Shown here one piece after another: positions 28,877 to 38,349 of a DNA stretch of 64,000 nucleotides. A program made the position numbers and the translations under genes. The number at the start of each line of letters is the position of its first letter. Position 1 is the stretch's first letter. The stretch is from Planctomycetia bacterium (lineage in GTDB: Bacteria > Planctomycetota > JAJSAM01 > JAJVHW01), in contig JANNHP010000312.1 in assembly GCA_031404455.1 (NCBI GenBank), positions 25,780 through 89,779 on the forward strand, read 5' to 3'. A model generated the notes under the pieces. The model was not told the DNA's origin. It was given only the letters and a program-made list of their open reading frames with translations, and searched no databases.

Positions 28877-30079
28877 ATGGCCGATCCGACCCTCACGACC
28901 GAGAACCTGGAGTGGCAGGCGAAGGCCCGCGAGGTGGCCGACAAGTACATCCGCCCGGTCGCCTGGAAGTACGACCGGCTCCAGGAGTACCCCTTCGAGG
29001 TCCGGGACCGGATGAAGGAGTACGGGCTCTTCGGGGTGTTCATCCCGAAGGAGCACGGCGGCGCCTCGGGCAGCGTGCTGAACCTCTGCATCGTGGTCGA
29101 GGAACTCGCGAAGGCCTGCGGCGGTATCGGCGTGGGGTTCGCGGTGAACGCGCTGGGATCCTTCCCGCTCATGGTCGGCGGCACCGACGAGCAGAAGCAG
29201 CGCTACCTGCCCGCCGTCGCGCGCGGCGAGAAGCTGGTGGCGTTCGGGCTCTCGGAGAGGAACGCCGGGTCCGACGCCGGCGGCATGGTCACGCGGGCGC
29301 AGAAGGTCGACGGCGGCTGGGTCCTGAACGGACACAAGAAGTGGAACACGGCCGGACTCGTCGCGGATCTCAACACGATCTTCGCCGTCACCGACCCCGA
29401 CTCGAAGTCTCGGAGGATCAGCGCCTTCGCGATCGACTGTCCGCACGACGGTCTCAGGATCACGAAGATCGAGGACAAGATGGGGATCCGCGCGATCCCG
29501 GTCGTCGAACTGGCGCTCGAGGATCTTCGCGTCTCCGACGATGCGCTCATCGGCGGACGCGCCGGACTCGGCTTCACGCACGCGATGGCGACGCTCGACA
29601 AGGCTCGGCCCGGCGTCGCAGCGCAGGCGGTCGGCTGCGCGGCGGGCGCTCTCGAGTTCGCGATCGTCTACGCGACCAAGCGCGTGCAGTTCGGGGAGCC
29701 GATCTCGTCGAAGCAGATGGTTCAGCAACTCCTCGCCGACATGGCGATGCAGGTGGAGGCCGCTCGTCAGCTCGTGTACGCCGCCGCGCGGCACGTCGAC
29801 GCCGGGTCGCCGAAGGCGAACAAGTTCGCCGCCATGGCCAAGTGCTTCGCCACCGACGTGGCGATGAAGGTCACCACCGACGCCGTCCAGGTCTTCGGCG
29901 GGTACGGATTCATGCGCGACTACCCGGTCGAGAAGTACATGCGCGACGCGAAGATCACGCAGATCTACGAGGGCACGAACCAGGTCCAGCGGCTCGTGAT
30001 CGCGCGCAACCTCATCAAGGAAGCCGGCGAGCTCGACCGTCTTTCGGCCTACATCCCGATCCCCGAGCACCTGCGCTGA
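28877..30079 (+). CDS. Acyl-CoA dehydrogenase
   Basis: 400 aa. Full-length ACAD similarity (GLSERNAGSDAGGM, YEGTNQVQRLVIAR). Confidence 0.9.
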   Translation: MADPTLTTENLEWQAKAREVADKYIRPVAWKYDRLQEYPFEVRDRMKEYGLFGVFIPKEHGGASGSVLNLCIVVEELAKACGGIGVGFAVNALGSFPLMVGGTDEQKQRYLPAVARGEKLVAFGLSERNAGSDAGGMVTRAQKVDGGWVLNGHKKWNTAGLVADLNTIFAVTDPDSKSRRISAFAIDCPHDGLRITKIEDKMGIRAIPVVELALEDLRVSDDALIGGRAGLGFTHAMATLDKARPGVAAQAVGCAAGALEFAIVYATKRVQFGEPISSKQMVQQLLADMAMQVEAARQLVYAAARHVDAGSPKANKFAAMAKCFATDVAMKVTTDAVQVFGGYGFMRDYPVEKYMRDAKITQIYEGTNQVQRLVIARNLIKEAGELDRLSAYIPIPEHLR

Positions 30080-30321
30080 GTCGCGCAGACCGAGGGCCCG
30101 CCCGGCTCCCCCTCGCGATGAGGCTGAATCGCGGCGCGAGCCGGTCTCCGACATGCGAATCACCGAATCCCGCGGGGGCGGCCCCCAGCGCGCCGCGTCG
30201 AAGCTTGCCGGACAGGGCGTGGAGCCGCTAGGCTCACGGGCCCGGCGCGGCGCTCGCGTGCCGTAAGATATTGCCAGACAATGAGTTATGACGTTCCCCC
30301 GCGGAGCGTCGCGAGGAAACC

Positions 30322-31560
30322 ATGGCACTCCCGCCCAATGCAGTCTCGAGCGACCAGGAGATGGTCGAGTCGTTCATCGACCGCGTGTATCACCCCCACA
30401 AGGGCGCGATCTGGACCGGCGTCACGCTGTTCTTCGCCGCGGTGATCGCGATTCTCGCGGTGCGTGAGTATCGCGCGTCACGTCGAGACGACATGTGGTC
30501 GCGCTATCGCGAGGCGGCCGGCGGCTTCCGCCTGGACCCTCTCAACGAACCCGACAAGGCCGCGGCGACGAAGCAGATCGAAGCGCTGCAGCAAGTCATC
30601 AAAGATTACCCGGACGACAGCGTGACACCGTTCGCGTGGCTCCAGGTGGCGAAGGCGCAGTACGCCACAGGCGATTACGAAGCGGCGCTGAAGTCGATCG
30701 AGTCCCTGCGCTCCGGCTTCAAGGACTTCGCGCTGAACCGGCTTCCCGCCGAACTGAATGCGACCGGTCGCGCTGAGCCGCTCGTCCAGAAGCTCGAGGA
30801 CACATTCAAGAGCGAGCGCGAGTGGTCGAAGAAGCAGACCTACGTGCATCACTGGCCCTCGGAGGACCGGCTCGCCCTGGTCGAGACGACGGCCGGCAAC
30901 ATGTGGCTCGGCTTCTACTCCGATCCGAGCGAGGCGCCCCAGCACGTGGCGGGGTTCATCGAGCGCGCGAAGCGGGGCGACTACAACGGAACCCAGATCT
31001 ACTCGATCATCCAGACGACCGAGGGCGCTCCGTCCCAGTTCGAGGGGGGATCCAAAGCCTCGGGACTCGCCGAGCGCGGGGGCATCCGCGATCCGGCCGA
31101 GCACGACAAGGACGAGCCGACCGACACGATCGAACCCGAGGAGTCTCGCGCGACCGTGCATCACGAGTACCGGGTGGTTTCCTCCGCCAAGCTGGAGTCG
31201 GGTGAGTCGGCCACTCGTTTCCTGGTCGTCGCCAAGCGCGGCGGCCTCAACAAGTTGAACGGCGAGAGCACTCCGTTCGCAGCGGTGATGGAGCGCGAGC
31301 AGTCGCTCGAGACGCTCGACAAGATCGGGCGATCCCCCACCTATGGCAACCACCCAGAGACCAAGGACAGCCCCGGCGTCTATCGCCTGCGCGATCATCC
31401 CTACCCCCCGATCTACATCCGAAGGGTCTCCATCTTCTCCAAGGAGAAACTGGAGGACGGGCACGCATGGGACACTTCCCGCGTGGGGAAGAACGAGCCG
31501 GAGCCGTGGGAAGCCGGCCTGGCGCCGCCCAAGCCCGACGAGTTCACCGACCGGAAGTAG
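30322..31560 (+). CDS. Membrane-anchored cyclophilin-type peptidyl-prolyl isomerase with N-terminal helical/TPR-like region
   Basis: 412 aa. N-terminal TM helix. Cyclophilin core motif (ETTAGNMWLGFYSDPSEAPQHVAGFIERAKRGDYNGTQIYSI). Confidence 0.65.
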   Translation: MALPPNAVSSDQEMVESFIDRVYHPHKGAIWTGVTLFFAAVIAILAVREYRASRRDDMWSRYREAAGGFRLDPLNEPDKAAATKQIEALQQVIKDYPDDSVTPFAWLQVAKAQYATGDYEAALKSIESLRSGFKDFALNRLPAELNATGRAEPLVQKLEDTFKSEREWSKKQTYVHHWPSEDRLALVETTAGNMWLGFYSDPSEAPQHVAGFIERAKRGDYNGTQIYSIIQTTEGAPSQFEGGSKASGLAERGGIRDPAEHDKDEPTDTIEPEESRATVHHEYRVVSSAKLESGESATRFLVVAKRGGLNKLNGESTPFAAVMEREQSLETLDKIGRSPTYGNHPETKDSPGVYRLRDHPYPPIYIRRVSIFSKEKLEDGHAWDTSRVGKNEPEPWEAGLAPPKPDEFTDRK

Positions 31561-31571
31561 GCGCGACCGCC

Positions 31572-31584
31572 GTTTCACGGAAAC
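31572..31584. promoter_or_regulatory. Degenerate parS half-site-like motif GTTTCACGGAAAC
   Basis: One-mismatch variant of the parS core, 20 nt upstream of the perfect site. Confidence 0.3.
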
Positions 31585-31604
31585 CGATCGGACGCGCCTT
31601 CCGG

Positions 31605-31620
31605 TGTTTCACGTGAAACA
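31605..31620. promoter_or_regulatory. parS: Consensus parS site TGTTTCACGTGAAACA
   Basis: Perfect 16-bp palindrome identical to the canonical chromosomal parS consensus. About 140 nt downstream of the parB stop. Confidence 0.85.
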
Positions 31621-31761
31621 CAACGAGCGCCGAGCGGTTAGCCAGCGACGCGAGCCCATCCCGGACTCCCCGCCCCATCGCCGCGTCGTGCTGAACGCGC
31701 CCCGAATTCCGCGGCGGTCTCGATCTGGCGACCTCGGCGGCCTTGGACGAGCGTTCGCGCG

Positions 31762-32640
31762 TCAGGCGCTCACAGTCGACTCCGGCCTGGCATCCACCGG
31801 GCAGGACAGGAGTGACAGCAGTCGCTCGAGGTCCGCTGCCGAGTAGTAGTCGATCACGATCTTGCCGACGTCCGCCCGCTCGCGAATGGCGACGCGAGTC
31901 CCCAGGCGCTCGGCCAACTGGCGCTCGATCTCGGCGAGGTGCGGGCTGCGACTCATCTCGGGATGTCCGACGGGGGGCTTGGCCTCGCCCCAACTCCGCG
32001 CAAGACGCTCGACATCCCTGACGGAGAGTCGCTCAGATTCGACGCGACGCGCCAACGCTCGCTGCGCCTCGGCGTCGCCGACGGCGAGCAGCGCGCGCGC
32101 GTGCCCCATGGACAACGTTCCACGTGAAACAAGCTCCTGCAGATCTCCCGGGAGGTCCAGGAGTCGAAGCATGTTGGCGATGGCTGAGCGGCTCTTGCCC
32201 AGCCGCTGAGCCGCCTGCTCCTGCGTCACGTCGAGCCGCTGGATGAACGACTGGTAGGCGCGCGCCTCTTCGAGCGGCCCGAGGTCCTGCCTTTGGATGT
32301 TCTCGATGAGCGCCAATTCGAGCATCTGCGTGTCATCGGCTGCGCGAACGATCGCCGGGATCGCCTTCAGTCCCAGGCGCTGACAGGCCCGGTACCGCCG
32401 CTCGCCGGCAACGATCTCGTAGCCCTCTCCGGCGGCGCGCACGACGATGGGCTGGATCACCCCGTGCTCGCGGATCGACGCGGCCAGTTCCTCCAGCTCC
32501 TCGGCCCGGAACTCACGACGTGGCTGGAAGGGGTTGGGGCGCAGGCGCTCCAACTCGACCTGAAGAACCTCGGCCGCTTCGACGTCGGCGCTCTCCGACA
32601 AGAGGAAGTCCAGTCCTCGACCCAGTTTCCGGTGCACCAT
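31762..32640 (-). CDS. parB: Chromosome partitioning protein ParB (no adjacent parA)
   Basis: 292 aa from internal Met (MVHRKLGRGLDFLL). ParB box (GVIQPIVVR, YEIVAGERRYRACQ). HTH and C-terminal dimerisation region. Confidence 0.85.
   Translation of the reverse strand: MVHRKLGRGLDFLLSESADVEAAEVLQVELERLRPNPFQPRREFRAEELEELAASIREHGVIQPIVVRAAGEGYEIVAGERRYRACQRLGLKAIPAIVRAADDTQMLELALIENIQRQDLGPLEEARAYQSFIQRLDVTQEQAAQRLGKSRSAIANMLRLLDLPGDLQELVSRGTLSMGHARALLAVGDAEAQRALARRVESERLSVRDVERLARSWGEAKPPVGHPEMSRSPHLAEIERQLAERLGTRVAIRERADVGKIVIDYYSAADLERLLSLLSCPVDARPESTVSA
32116..32131. promoter_or_regulatory. Near-consensus parS (CGTTCCACGTGAAACA, 14/16) inside parB coding sequence
   Basis: Two mismatches to TGTTTCACGTGAAACA. 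Intragenic parS sites within parB are common. Confidence 0.55.
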
Positions 32641-32817
32641 GTTCGCCTCCTGAAAGCACAATGGCATGTGGGTCAACAGTCGAATGCTACCACCAACGGT
32701 CACATTCCCATCGTACCCCGCGCCGGGGACATCGACAGCGCCGGCGGAATCGCCACGGAATCCGCCATCGACGCCGTCCACGCGCGCTGTATTCGTTTGT
32801 AATACTTCCCCCGACGG

Positions 32818-33612
32818 TTGACGCATGTGCTTGTCCCAACTACAGTTCCATCCATGTTTGGACTCCACGGCGCTCTCCCCATTTGCGCCGCCACCTTCGC
32901 AGACCTCCGCCGTCGTCCTGGATCGCTCCTCGCCGCGCTCGCGATCGCGGTGCTCCTAGTCCTGCTTCCCGACATCTGCGCCCGGGCGGTGGACGAAGCC
33001 GATTCGCTCGGCATGCAGGTCGGCCTCTCCACGATCGCTGCATTCCTCTCGCTGGTCGCCGGCTTCGCAGGACTTCGTTGCGGCGCCCCAGAAGGCGACC
33101 TCGGTGCGACCTCCGAGTGGAGAACCTCCCCGCTCACGCCGGGCGCCTACGTTCTCGGGCGCTTCGGAGGCATCACCGCGCTCATCGCCGTGGCGTTCGT
33201 TGTTCTCACGCCCTTCCTGCTCGCGGGGCAGTTCGCCGCCGTGCGCGACGATCCGCCCGCCCTCGAAGCTGCTGCGCTCGCGACTTTGGGCGTCTTGCTC
33301 TCGGCCGCGCTCTTCGGTGCGATCGGTCTCTTCCTCGCGACGACGATGTCCACGCAACTCGCCTCGATCCTCCTGCTCGCCACGATCGTTGCGACGCGGA
33401 CGCTCGTCCCGTCGCTTGCCGCCCGGGGGAGCTTCCTAGCGTGGATCGCGGCGTTCCTGCCCGACGCGTCGCGCCTCGACCTGTCGCGCGAACTCGCGTT
33501 CCATCGTCCGATCGACGCTGCGGCCATGGTGCTGGCGTGCGCGGCCGTCGCGGTGCAGGTGGCCGCGCTCCTGTGCGCGGCGGCGTGGTCGCTCGGACGT
33601 CGCGAGAACTGA
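32818..33612 (+). CDS. Hypothetical polytopic membrane protein (ABC-2 permease-like?)
   Basis: About 6 predicted hydrophobic helices rich in Ala/Leu. No specific family assigned. Start uncertain. Confidence 0.4.
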   Translation: MTHVLVPTTVPSMFGLHGALPICAATFADLRRRPGSLLAALAIAVLLVLLPDICARAVDEADSLGMQVGLSTIAAFLSLVAGFAGLRCGAPEGDLGATSEWRTSPLTPGAYVLGRFGGITALIAVAFVVLTPFLLAGQFAAVRDDPPALEAAALATLGVLLSAALFGAIGLFLATTMSTQLASILLLATIVATRTLVPSLAARGSFLAWIAAFLPDASRLDLSRELAFHRPIDAAAMVLACAAVAVQVAALLCAAAWSLGRREN

Positions 33613-33695
33613 ACGGCTGGGAATGCGCCCCGCCTAGGGCTTTGAGGCAGGTCGGGTATCCCGCATCATCGCGCGACCCAAGTCCAGACCACTCC

Positions 33696-34421
33696 TTGCG
33701 CTACGCAATCCTCGCCGACATCCACAGCAACCTCGAGGCACTCGAGGCGGTGCTCGCGGCGCTGTCGAAATCGCGCATCGACCGCTACGTCTGCGTGGGG
33801 GACGTCGTCGGATACGGCGCGGATCCCAAGCCCTGCATCGATCGCGTGCGGGACATCTGCTCCGTCGTCATCGCCGGCAACCACGACTGGGCCGTCGCGG
33901 GAACGCTGTCGCTCGAGTTCTTCAACAGCTACGCGCGCGAGGCGATCCGCTGGACGCGCGAGCGCCTCGACCCGGTGGACGTCGCGTGGCTTCGCGACCT
34001 TCCGCTCGAGCACGACCTCGACGGCCTCGCGATGCTCGTGCACAGCACGCTGCACAATCCGCAGGCGTTCGACTACCTCCTCACGTCCTACGACGCGCAC
34101 CTCACGATGCGGGTGCTCGAGCGGCCGCTCTGCTTCGTCGGGCACTCGCACATCCCGATCACGTTCATGGAGCGCAACGGACTCGGGTTCACGTTCTCGG
34201 ACACCATCGACCTGACCAAAGTGGACAAGGCGATCATCAATCCGGGCTCGGTAGGGCAACCGCGCGACGAGAACCCCGCGGCCGCCTATGCCATCTACGA
34301 CACCGTCAAGCGCAGGGTGACGCTGCATCGCGTGCCCTACGACATCGACGGGTGCTGCGCGAAGATCGAGCAGGCCAGGCTCCCGCAGGTGCTCGCCGAC
34401 CGGTTGCGCGTCGGCAAGTAG
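33696..34421 (+). CDS. Calcineurin-like metallophosphoesterase
   Basis: TTG start giving LRYAILADIHSN (MPE motif I). Also GDVVGYG and GNHD motifs. Confidence 0.75.
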   Translation: MRYAILADIHSNLEALEAVLAALSKSRIDRYVCVGDVVGYGADPKPCIDRVRDICSVVIAGNHDWAVAGTLSLEFFNSYAREAIRWTRERLDPVDVAWLRDLPLEHDLDGLAMLVHSTLHNPQAFDYLLTSYDAHLTMRVLERPLCFVGHSHIPITFMERNGLGFTFSDTIDLTKVDKAIINPGSVGQPRDENPAAAYAIYDTVKRRVTLHRVPYDIDGCCAKIEQARLPQVLADRLRVGK

Positions 34422-34471
34422 TAGATTCCCCAGCCAGGGCGGCGGCCCTGTAACGTCGCGACCGCCTCCGC

Positions 34472-35872
34472 ATGACGCAACGCCACGGACACCTGCCGCG
34501 CGCGCTCCTCGTCGCCGCCGACACGGCTGCTGCGATCGCCGCCTGCATCGTCGCCTACGTCCTGCGAATCGGATTCGAGATCGTCCCCGTCACGGGACGC
34601 ACGGACGTGCTGCCCGCGCGCTATCTCGAGGCCCTGCCGATCGCCGCGACGGTGATGCTGCTCGCAGTCGCGCTTGCGGGCCTCCACGGACGCGCTTTTT
34701 TCGCCCGCCCCGCCGGCGTCGCCGATTCGCTCCGGGCGGCGGGACTCGCGCTCGCGCTGCTCTCGACCGCAGCGCTCCTCTACTGGCGCAACTTCCAGTA
34801 CAGCCGCCTGACCATCGTCATCGCCGCCGCATCGTTCGCGCCGGCGCTCTTCCTCGCTCGCGCTCTCGCGGCGCGCGCCGTCGCGCTCCTCGCCCGGAGC
34901 CCTCGCTACCGGAGTTCGGCGCTCGTCGTCGGCGGGGGAGCGCCCGCGGCCGCGCTGGCTCGAGCGATCGCCGACGAATCCTGGATGGCGCTCGATGTGG
35001 TCGCGGTGCTCCCGGTGGGGGAGGCGCCTGCGGCCTGGCCGCTTGCGCGGCGGATCGACGACGTCGCCGGAGCGCGGGCCCTCCTCGACGCCGGAGGCGC
35101 GCGCGAAGTGTTCGTCGCGCTCGCGGCCGCGGACGCGCGGCACCTTCCGGCGCTCCTCGCGGAACTCGCGCAGACGCCGGCGGACGTCCGCGTCGTCCCT
35201 GACCTCGGCGGCGCTCTCCTCCTGAACCCGAGCGCCACCGTGGTCGCGGGACTTGCGGTCATCTCCGTCCGGGAACGGCCGCTCTACGGCCTGCGCGCGC
35301 TGGCGAAGCGCTCGACCGACGTCCTCCTCGCCGCCCTTCTCCTGGTGGCGCTCTCGCCCCTCTTCGTGCTCGTCGCGCTGCTCGTCCTCGTCGGCGCCGG
35401 AACTCCGATCCTCTACCGCCAGGAGCGGATGGGCCTCGACGGGCGCCCCTTCGCGATGCTGAAGTTCCGCACGATGCACACCGACGCGGAATCCACGACG
35501 GGTGCCGTCTTCACGCGCCGCGGCGACCCGAGGGTCACCTCCGTCGGCCGTGTGCTGCGCCGCCTGTCGCTCGACGAGTTTCCCCAGCTCTGGAACGTCC
35601 TGCGCGGGGACATGAGCCTCGTCGGACCGCGGCCCGAGCGTCAGCCGTTCATCGAGCAGTTCCGCGCGCGACTCCCGAGCTACATGCTCCGGCAGACCGT
35701 GAAGTCGGGCATGACGGGCTGGGCGCAGGTGCACGGCCTGCGGGGCGAGTCGTCGCTCGAGGATCGGCTCCGCTACGATCTCGAGTACATCGACCGCTGG
35801 AGCCTCCTCTTCGACCTCGAGATCCTCGGACGCACGGCGGTTCAGGTGATGGTGGGCCGCAATGCGTACTGA
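34472..35872 (+). CDS. Undecaprenyl-phosphate sugar phosphotransferase (exopolysaccharide priming glycosyltransferase, WbaP/EpsZ-like)
   Basis: 466 aa. N-terminal TM helices. C-terminal bacterial sugar transferase domain (KRSTDVLLAALLLVALSPLF, KFRTM, GPRPE). Confidence 0.85.
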   Translation: MTQRHGHLPRALLVAADTAAAIAACIVAYVLRIGFEIVPVTGRTDVLPARYLEALPIAATVMLLAVALAGLHGRAFFARPAGVADSLRAAGLALALLSTAALLYWRNFQYSRLTIVIAAASFAPALFLARALAARAVALLARSPRYRSSALVVGGGAPAAALARAIADESWMALDVVAVLPVGEAPAAWPLARRIDDVAGARALLDAGGAREVFVALAAADARHLPALLAELAQTPADVRVVPDLGGALLLNPSATVVAGLAVISVRERPLYGLRALAKRSTDVLLAALLLVALSPLFVLVALLVLVGAGTPILYRQERMGLDGRPFAMLKFRTMHTDAESTTGAVFTRRGDPRVTSVGRVLRRLSLDEFPQLWNVLRGDMSLVGPRPERQPFIEQFRARLPSYMLRQTVKSGMTGWAQVHGLRGESSLEDRLRYDLEYIDRWSLLFDLEILGRTAVQVMVGRNAY

Positions 35873-35950
35873 CGCCGCGATCCGGCGAGGAGAGGCCCCC
35901 TGAGCGAGCACGACTCCGTCCTCGATGCCTACCTGCGCGACATCCAGCGC

Positions 35951-36712
35951 GTGCCGCTCCTCAGCGCCGCGGAGGAGCGCGAGCTCGCCATCCGGATCCG
36001 GACCGGCGACCTCGAGGCCAGGGAGCAGATGATCCGCGCGAACCTCCGACTCGTGGTGTCGATCGCGAAGGTCTACGGCCGCCGCGGCCTCTCGCTCCTC
36101 GACCTCATCGAAGAGGGCAACATCGGCCTCGTCCGCGCCGTGGAGCGTTTCGACCCCGCGCAGGAGTGCCGCTTCAGCACCTACGGCTCCTGGTGGATCA
36201 AGCAGTCGATCCGGCGCGCTCTCGTGAACACCACCAAGACCGTGCGCGTGCCGTCGTACATGGTCGAGATCATCTCCAAGCTGAAGAGCACGTCGTCGCG
36301 CCTCGAGGAGACGCTCGCGCGCCAGCCCACCCACGCCGAGATCGCCGAGGCGATGGGACTGCCCGCCGAGAACGTCGGACTGATCCGCAGGGCGATGCGC
36401 GCGGCGCGCGACGGCGCGCAAGCCATCTCGCTCGACGCGCTCACCGCGGAGCGCCGCGACATCGCCGACGAGCGCGGGAACCCGGAGGACGACACGTTCG
36501 ACCCCGAGGAGTTGGCACAGCTCCAGGGTCTCCTCGACTCGATCGATCCGCGCGAAGCGGAAGTCCTCCGGCTGCGATTCGGTCTCGAGGACCACGCGCC
36601 GCTGACGCTGCGAGAGATCGGCAAGAAGCTCGGCATCTCGCGCGAGCGGGTCCGTCAGATCGAGAGCCGGGCGCTCCAGAAGCTGCACGCACGGATGACC
36701 GGCGCGTCGTGA
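35951..36712 (+). CDS. RNA polymerase sigma factor, sigma-70 family (regions 2-4; RpoD/RpoS-like short form)
   Basis: Region 2 (IRANLRLVVSIAKVYGRRGLSLLDLIEEGNIGLVRAVERFDP.., FSTYGSWWIKQSIRRAL). Region 4 HTH (LTLREIGKKLGISRERVRQIESRALQKL). GTG start; region 1.2-like sequence lies upstream with no canonical start. Confidence 0.8.
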   Translation: MPLLSAAEERELAIRIRTGDLEAREQMIRANLRLVVSIAKVYGRRGLSLLDLIEEGNIGLVRAVERFDPAQECRFSTYGSWWIKQSIRRALVNTTKTVRVPSYMVEIISKLKSTSSRLEETLARQPTHAEIAEAMGLPAENVGLIRRAMRAARDGAQAISLDALTAERRDIADERGNPEDDTFDPEELAQLQGLLDSIDPREAEVLRLRFGLEDHAPLTLREIGKKLGISRERVRQIESRALQKLHARMTGAS

Positions 36713-37902
36713 GTGCCCAGACGGCGCCGGCGCTCGAGACCGACCGGCTCGACGGACCCGGGCCCGCTGCGCTCTACGTGCACGTCCCCTTCTGCGAGGC
36801 GAAGTGCAGCTACTGCGACTTCTACTCAGTCCCCCAGGGCGGCGTTCGCGAATCGCGGTACGTGGAGGCGCTCGCCGCCGAGGCGTCGGCGCGGTCACCC
36901 ACGGGATTCGCGCCGAGGACCGTGTTCATCGGCGGCGGCACCCCGACGGCGCTCGGCGACGACGACTTCGCGCGTCTCCTCGCGCTCGTCCGCGAGATGA
37001 CGCATCCCGGCGGCCGCCTCATCGAGTGGACGATCGAAGCGAATCCCGGGAGCCTCACTCCGTGGAAAGCCCGCGCGATGGCCGACGCGGGCGTCACGCG
37101 GATCTCGCTCGGAGTCCAGAGCTTCGACGACGCCGTGCTGCGCTCCGTGGGTCGCGTGCACGACGCGCGCACCGCGCGCGAAGCGGTCGGCATCGCGCGC
37201 GCGTCGGGCGTGCCGTTCGTCTCGCTCGACCTCCTGTTCGCGATCCCGGGCCAGGGACTCGCGACGTTCGAGAACGATCTGCGCGAAGCGGTGGCGCTCG
37301 GCACGGACCACGTCTCGGCGTACGCGCTCCTCTACGAGCACGGCACGACGATGGAGCGGCGCCGCGACGCGGGACTCGTCGAGCGCGAGGAGGAGGACAT
37401 CGAGCTGACGATGATGCGCCGCGCCCGCGAGGTGCTCGGCGCAGCGGGCTTCGTCCGCTACGAGGTCTCGAACTTCGCCCGCCCCGGGCGCGAGTGTCTG
37501 CACAACATCAACTACTGGCGCAACGGCGAGTACCTGGGGCTCGGCGCCTCCGCGGCCGGGTACCTCGGCGGCGAGCGCCGCACGAACGTGGCTTCCTGGC
37601 GCGACTACGAGACTGCGGCGCTCGCGGGCAGCGACCCGGTGGCGTTCAGCGAACGCCTCGACGCCGGCCGTGCGATGGGGGAGGAGGTCATGCTGCGCCT
37701 GCGCATGGCCGAGGGGATGTCGCTCGCCGCGCTGTCGGCGCGATGGGGCATCGATGCGGCGGCCCGCTACGGCGCTCTCGTCGCGCGGTTCGCGCGCGCG
37801 GGACTGCTCGACGTCACGGACGGCGGCGACCGTGTCGCGTTCGCGGAGCGCGGGCTCGAGGTGGCGGACGGGATCCTCGCGGAGTTCGTGGCGTCGGAGT
37901 AA
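36706..37902 (+). CDS. hemW: Radical SAM heme chaperone HemW (coproporphyrinogen III oxidase-like)
   Basis: CxxxCxxC radical SAM motif (CEAKCSYCDF) and HemN_C-like C-terminus. GTG start overlapping the sigma factor stop (+/-2 nt). Confidence 0.8.
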   Translation, partial: VVSAQTAPALETDRLDGPGPAALYVHVPFCEAKCSYCDFYSVPQGGVRESRYVEALAAEASARSPTGFAPRTVFIGGGTPTALGDDDFARLLALVREMTHPGGRLIEWTIEANPGSLTPWKARAMADAGVTRISLGVQSFDDAVLRSVGRVHDARTAREAVGIARASGVPFVSLDLLFAIPGQGLATFENDLREAVALGTDHVSAYALLYEHGTTMERRRDAGLVEREEEDIELTMMRRAREVLGAAGFVRYEVSNFARPGRECLHNINYWRNGEYLGLGASAAGYLGGERRTNVASWRDYETAALAGSDPVAFSERLDAGRAMGEEVMLRLRMAEGMSLAALSARWGIDAAARYGALVARFARAGLLDVTDGGDRVAFAERGLEVADGILAEFVASE

Positions 37903-37929
37903 CGGCGGAAGAAATTCCGGAATTCGGAT

Positions 37930-37945
37930 GACGCCTTTCGGCGTC
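37930..37945. terminator. GC hairpin GACGCC-TTTC-GGCGTC directly after hemW stop
   Basis: Perfect 6-bp stem with UUUC loop 28 nt after the TAA. No U-tract. Convergent intergenic region. Confidence 0.35.
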
Positions 37946-38349
37946 CCGGACGGACCTAGTCCGCATCGCTCACCACGCTTCGCGCCTGGCCGGCCTTTCG
38001 GGGCGATGGCTTCGTTGAGTCCCTTGCGAAGACCTGTCAAGGTCCGCGCTGCGGGCCTCGCCTTGCCCTCGACCCGAAATTCTCGGCCAGGACACTCTGT
38101 CCTCCGCATCGCGTCCCAAGCATCGGCGGGTGATGCTGCAACCACCTGCGGTCCGGTCCGTTCTCGCGCGAACCCTGGTGAGCGATGCGGGCTAGTGATG
38201 TCGGCACTCTCGGGACGGCGCCCGCCCGAGCATCCGGACATGGCCTCCAACGTCCGCGCTGCGGCAGGGCCGCGCATTGCAGGGAAGCACGACGGCGGTG
38301 GTGGCAGGGGGAGGGCCCTTCGGGCTCGGTCGGCGGGGAGCGGCGCGGA

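Noticed and set aside
33696-34421. Metallophosphoesterase considered as the missing T6SS PppA phosphatase
   Set aside because: It has the calcineurin-like (not PP2C) fold, lies 15 kb away on the other strand and is in unrelated gene context.
38029-38060. GACCTGTCAAGGTCCG resembling the SRP RNA domain IV motif GGUCAGGUCCGG
   Set aside because: It does not match the conserved AGGUCAGGUCCGGAAGGAAGCAGC core on either strand. It is simply a local hairpin.
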